From positions 96,001 through 160,000 of the forward strand of contig CAWBYW010000007.1 of the NCBI GenBank assembly GCA_963792965.1: 64,000 nt of DNA. The letters are read 5' to 3'. The first letter of the stretch is position 1. Each line of letters begins with the position of its first letter. This document shows positions 60,149-64,000 of this stretch, in pieces. The position numbers and the translations under genes were made by a program. This DNA comes from an uncultured delta proteobacterium (lineage in GTDB: Bacteria; Desulfobacterota; Zymogenia; Zymogenales; Zymogenaceae). Under the pieces are notes generated by a model. The model made no database searches. It was not told where the DNA came from and was given only the letters and a program-made list of their open reading frames with translations.

Positions 60149-60898
60149 ATGAAAAAGTATCTGTTATTTGTGTTGTCCGTTTTCGTTGCTCTTACTTTCG
60201 CGCTGATGGCGTTTGCCGCCACGCCCGAGGAGATCTTCAAACAAGCCGACGATGCGTATGCAAAAAAGGATAATGCGGCCATTAGAGAGAGCATGAAGGC
60301 ACTTGAGGCCCTCATCGCCACCAACGAAGGGGCGGCGTGGCGGTACGCACGCGCTTCGTATCAGTATGGGGTAAACGTCACGGACGAGAAGACCCAGGAT
60401 TCGGTTTTCAAGGCGGGGTACAAGGCCGTGGATCCGTTCTATAAAAAAGGCTCGAAAGACGTCAATACGAACTATTGGTTTGCACTTACCACGGGAAAAT
60501 ACGCGAATTTCCACAAGTTTGACGCCTGGAAGAGCGGACTGGCCGAAGAGATCAAGAAAGCCTGCGGTAAAGTTATCGCGACCGACCCCGGCTATGACGA
60601 TGGAAACGCCTATTCGGTCCTCGGGGCGGTATACTACAAACTATACGTGACACCGCTGGTCAAGGGCGGGGACCTGGATAAGGCGATCGATAACCTGAAA
60701 AAGGCATTGAAGTATCGCCCGGAGAGCATCTTCGTCAACCTGACCCTCGGGCAGTCCTACTATGAAAAGAAGATGTACAAAGAGGCGAAGCCCTATCTTG
60801 AGACCGCGCTGAAGGGTAAGCCGGCAAACAACGACGACAAGAAATACCTGAAAGAGGCCCAGGAAACCCTGGCCAAGGTCAATAAGAAGCTGCAGTAG
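60149..60898 (+). CDS. Exported TPR-like helical protein, paralog 2
   Basis: Signal peptide; AAWRYARASY, KGSKDVNTNYWFAL, DPGY shared with 58393-59124. Confidence 0.8.
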   Translation: MKKYLLFVLSVFVALTFALMAFAATPEEIFKQADDAYAKKDNAAIRESMKALEALIATNEGAAWRYARASYQYGVNVTDEKTQDSVFKAGYKAVDPFYKKGSKDVNTNYWFALTTGKYANFHKFDAWKSGLAEEIKKACGKVIATDPGYDDGNAYSVLGAVYYKLYVTPLVKGGDLDKAIDNLKKALKYRPESIFVNLTLGQSYYEKKMYKEAKPYLETALKGKPANNDDKKYLKEAQETLAKVNKKLQ

Positions 60899-60976
60899 TG
60901 AAGGTGCGAGAACCGGAAGGGTCGTGCCGACGCCGGCACGGATTCTCTGTTCCAGACGATTGTTGAGGCTTTCTGT

Positions 60977-61014
60977 AAGAAGGGGAAAGGCGCGTAGGCG
61001 CGTTTCCCCTTCTT
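60977..61014. terminator. Bidirectional terminator between convergent genes
   Basis: AAGAAGGGGAAA...TTTCCCCTTCTT arms enclosing a GC-rich core. Confidence 0.75.
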
Positions 61015-61071
61015 CTTAGTGACCCACAATCGAACGGTCTCGGGCCTTTAGGTGTCTGCGAAGACCTCGGA

Positions 61072-62460
61072 CTATACCCTCCCGCCGACGGTGATCTTGG
61101 GGATGCGGAGGGTCGGCTGGGCGTCGGCGACGGGCACTCCCTGGCCATCTTTCCCGCAGGTACCGATCCCGAAGCCGAGGTCGTTTCCCACCATGTCTAT
61201 CTCCATGAGAACCTGGGGGCCGTTTCCGGTGAGGATCGCGCCCCGCACCGGCCGGCCCACCTTACCTGCCTCTATGAGATATCCCTCGCTCACCTCAAAG
61301 ACAAACTGACCGTTTACCGTGTTGACCTGTCCGCCCCCCATTTTTTTTACCAACAGCCCTCTATCGACGGAAGCGATGATCCGGCCGGGATCCATGGTCC
61401 CCGGTGCTATCATGGTGTTGGTCATGCGTGGGATCGGCTTGTGTCGGTATGATTCCCGCCTGCCGTTTCCGGTGCTTTCCTGCTTTTCCTTGAGGGCGGT
61501 GAGCCGGTCGTACATGAAGCTGACGAGTACCCCCCTGTCAACGAGGACCGTCCTCTGGGACGGCGTTCCCTCGTCGTCGAAGACGAATGAGCCGCGCCTC
61601 GTGGGCAGAGTGGAGTCGTCCAGGACGGTAATAAGCTCGGAGGCGACCGTTTGGCCGAGCTTGCCGGAATAGACGGAGAGGTTCTTGCCGGCGAGATCCG
61701 CCTCCAGGCCGTGCCCGACCGCCTCATGGATCATCGTCCCGCCCGCCTCGGACGACAGCACCACGGGGAACTGACCGCCGGGGGCGGGCGCGGCCTCGAG
61801 CATCAGGTTCGCCTGACGGGCGGCGGTCCGCGCAACATCCTGAGGCGATTTCGTATCGAAGAGCTCAAAGCCCACGGTCCCCCCTACCGGCTCATAGCCC
61901 GTCTGAATGATCCCATCCTTTGCGGCGACGACATAGACCGCAAAGATCGAGCCGATCCGGGTCTCGGATGCGACGGTTCCGCTTGAGTTGGCGATCACCA
62001 CGTCTCTTCTCGTATCCCGGTAGATCACTCTCACCTGGCGTATATTGGGCTCGAGCCGGGCGGTCTCGTCGGCCGTCTTGACGTGCTCGATCTTCTTTCG
62101 GATATCGACGTCGGACGGATCGATCTTTATGGGGAGAATGAACGCGGGCTTGACGAGATTGAGCACGATATCCCCGGTGCGTGTCGAGGATTCGGCGAGC
62201 GACCGGCCCAGTTCATCGGCGACGGCCATCAGGTTCTTCTCGGCCGGGTCGTTCGTAAAGGCATAGGCGGTCTTGAAGTTTCTGATAAGCCTGAGGCCGA
62301 CGCCGGTGTCGATGCCGGAGATGACCTTCTCGATCTTGTTGTCCTCACAGATAATGGAGGTACCCACAGCCCTTTCGAAGAAGAACTCGGCGTATTGGCC
62401 TCCGTGCTTGAGGGTCGCTCCCAGGATCTTCTTATGGTCGATCTGCGCACTATTCGTCAT
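61072..62460 (-). CDS. tldD: TldD/PmbA family metalloprotease
   Basis: HEAVGHGLEAD, DDEG, TGNGRRESY, PRMTNT, CGKDGQ.VPV. Confidence 0.94.
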   Translation of the reverse strand: MTNSAQIDHKKILGATLKHGGQYAEFFFERAVGTSIICEDNKIEKVISGIDTGVGLRLIRNFKTAYAFTNDPAEKNLMAVADELGRSLAESSTRTGDIVLNLVKPAFILPIKIDPSDVDIRKKIEHVKTADETARLEPNIRQVRVIYRDTRRDVVIANSSGTVASETRIGSIFAVYVVAAKDGIIQTGYEPVGGTVGFELFDTKSPQDVARTAARQANLMLEAAPAPGGQFPVVLSSEAGGTMIHEAVGHGLEADLAGKNLSVYSGKLGQTVASELITVLDDSTLPTRRGSFVFDDEGTPSQRTVLVDRGVLVSFMYDRLTALKEKQESTGNGRRESYRHKPIPRMTNTMIAPGTMDPGRIIASVDRGLLVKKMGGGQVNTVNGQFVFEVSEGYLIEAGKVGRPVRGAILTGNGPQVLMEIDMVGNDLGFGIGTCGKDGQGVPVADAQPTLRIPKITVGGRV

Positions 62461-62462
62461 TG

Positions 62463-62861
62463 TCAGTACTTCCGTAAAAAATAGTCCGTAAGGATCGCGG
62501 CATGGTCAAACGCGAGAGGGGAGGGAAGAGCGCCCTCGGTGAATATCCGGACGACCTTTGCGTCGTCCCGGGCATATGGGGTTCCGTCGGCCCGAGCGAT
62601 ATAGACGGTCGTGATGGTATGATGACGCGGGTCGCGGCTCGGATCCGAATATGTGTGGAACTGTCTGATCAGCTCGATATCCAGAGAGGTTTCCTCCAGC
62701 GCTTCGCGAATGGCAGCCTGCTCCAACGACTCGCCCCAGTCGACGAACCCACCGGGTAGTGCCCATCCGGGAGGAGGATTCTTGCGCTTGATGAGCACGA
62801 CGCCCCCGCCGGTCTCTATGATGATGTCAACGGTGGGGAACGGATTCTTGTATTGCTCCAT
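62463..62861 (-). CDS. NUDIX hydrolase
   Basis: Nudix box [25 protein letters not shown]; RDPR; AFDH. Confidence 0.94.
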   Translation of the reverse strand: MEQYKNPFPTVDIIIETGGGVVLIKRKNPPPGWALPGGFVDWGESLEQAAIREALEETSLDIELIRQFHTYSDPSRDPRHHTITTVYIARADGTPYARDDAKVVRIFTEGALPSPLAFDHAAILTDYFLRKY

Positions 62862-62945
62862 CTTTAAATGCTAACACAGGGTGGCGCGCCGTGTCAATTT
62901 TTTATTCCTTGACCCGATATAATAGGCGATGGTATAGTTTATGAC

Positions 62946-63605
62946 ATGGCTCAACTTGTCGGCATCTTTATCACCTCTTTTGTGATCGCACTTTCCGGCG
63001 CCCTCATGCCCGGCCCCCTGCTGACGGTAACGATCAATGAGAGCCTCAGGCGGGGGCCCTGGACGGGTCCGCTCATGATCCTCGGGCACGCGCTGTTGGA
63101 GCTCGTTCTCATCGTCGTTATTCTCTGGGGACTGGGGCCGATAATCAGACACAATCTCGTCCTTGCGGTCATCGCATTTTTCGGAAGCTTTGTCCTGCTC
63201 TGGATGGGTTTTTCGATGATTTCCGGGTTTCGGTCTCTGACGCTCTCGGGGCAGTTTGAGCCGGAGCCGCGAGGCGGCGTTTCGCGGATATTGAATAGCC
63301 CCGTAATCGCCGGCATTGTTGTCAGCCTCTCCAATCCGTACTGGTTCGTCTGGTGGTTCACGATCGGCCTTGCCTATATTTTCATCTCGGCAAAGATAGG
63401 GATGGGAGGAGTAGTCGTCTTTTTCGTCGGCCACATCCTTGCCGATTTGCTCTGGTACAGCATCGTTTCCACATCTGTGAGCCTCGGTAGGAAGTTCTTC
63501 ACCGATTCTCTTTACCGGGGCGTCGTTTTTACCTGCGGGGTATTCCTCATTTTCTTCTCCGTCTATTTTTTTCACGCGGGATTTGACTATTTACTAAAAG
63601 TATAA
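62946..63605 (+). CDS. LysE family translocator
   Basis: SGALMPGPL, GHALLE, SNPYWFVWW, GHILAD. Confidence 0.9.
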   Translation: MAQLVGIFITSFVIALSGALMPGPLLTVTINESLRRGPWTGPLMILGHALLELVLIVVILWGLGPIIRHNLVLAVIAFFGSFVLLWMGFSMISGFRSLTLSGQFEPEPRGGVSRILNSPVIAGIVVSLSNPYWFVWWFTIGLAYIFISAKIGMGGVVVFFVGHILADLLWYSIVSTSVSLGRKFFTDSLYRGVVFTCGVFLIFFSVYFFHAGFDYLLKV

Positions 63606-63615
63606 GGGCACCGCT

Positions 63616-64000
63616 ATGACCGAGATAAAATTCGGAACATCGGGCTGGCGCGGGATCATCGCCGATGATTTTACCCTCTATAACTTGCGTGCCGCCTCTC
63701 AGGCGATCGCCGATTACGTCAAAGAAAAGGGGGAAGACAAGGGAGGGATTATCGTCGGATACGACTGCCGGTTTATGGGACGACGATTTGCCCAGGAATC
63801 GGCGGAGGTCCTGGCGGGAAACGGGGTAAAGGTCCTGGTCTCAAAGAGGGACGTGCCGACTCCGACGATCAGCTATGCCGTCGTCTCGGGGAAGGGGAGC
63901 GGCGCCGTAAATATTACCGCAAGCCATAACCCGCCGGAATATACCGGCGTGAAGTATTCGTCTAAATGGGGAGGGCCCGCACTTCCCGAGGCAACCGGAT
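63616..64000 (+). CDS. Phosphoglucomutase/phosphomannomutase family (5' part; truncated by window end)
   Basis: Manual translation: MTEIKFGTSGWRGIIADDFT...VGYDCRF...PTP...ITASHNPPEYTGVK. Confidence 0.94.
   Translation, partial: MTEIKFGTSGWRGIIADDFTLYNLRAASQAIADYVKEKGEDKGGIIVGYDCRFMGRRFAQESAEVLAGNGVKVLVSKRDVPTPTISYAVVSGKGSGAVNITASHNPPEYTGVKYSSKWGGPALPEATG

Overview
A 64-kb, gene-dense, moderately GC-rich chromosomal segment. The gene content (AOR, 2-hydroxyacyl-CoA dehydratase, NikR/ECF, CoA-transferases, zinc-ribbon receiver) suggests an anaerobic, Deltaproteobacteria/Desulfobacterota-like bacterium; this is inference. About 62 CDSs run from a partial uvrB to a partial phosphohexomutase. I saw no rRNA, tRNA, CRISPR array or mobile element. 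At least six genes carry single-base frameshifts, mostly in short homopolymers, which looks like long-read assembly error. Main highlights: (1) a co-oriented TetR-headed cluster at 40.0-50.7 kb with two class-III aminotransferases, two SCP2 lipid-binding proteins, two APC permeases, a split transketolase with altered substrate-binding residues, and alanine dehydrogenase. I hypothesise it transaminates and then cleaves lipophilic 2-amino-1,3-diols (sphingoid-base-like), or runs the reverse. (2) A RavA/MoxR AAA+ gene joined in the -1 frame across an A10 run to an acidic linker and a vWA domain, a chlD-like programmed frameshift/slippage candidate. (3) Two pseudo-enzymes: a tyrosine phosphatase homologue without the catalytic Cys/Arg, and a lysophospholipase homologue without the catalytic Ser. 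(4) A CoA-transferase-BKACE operon with a long regulated leader. All alignments were done by eye; no database searches were run.
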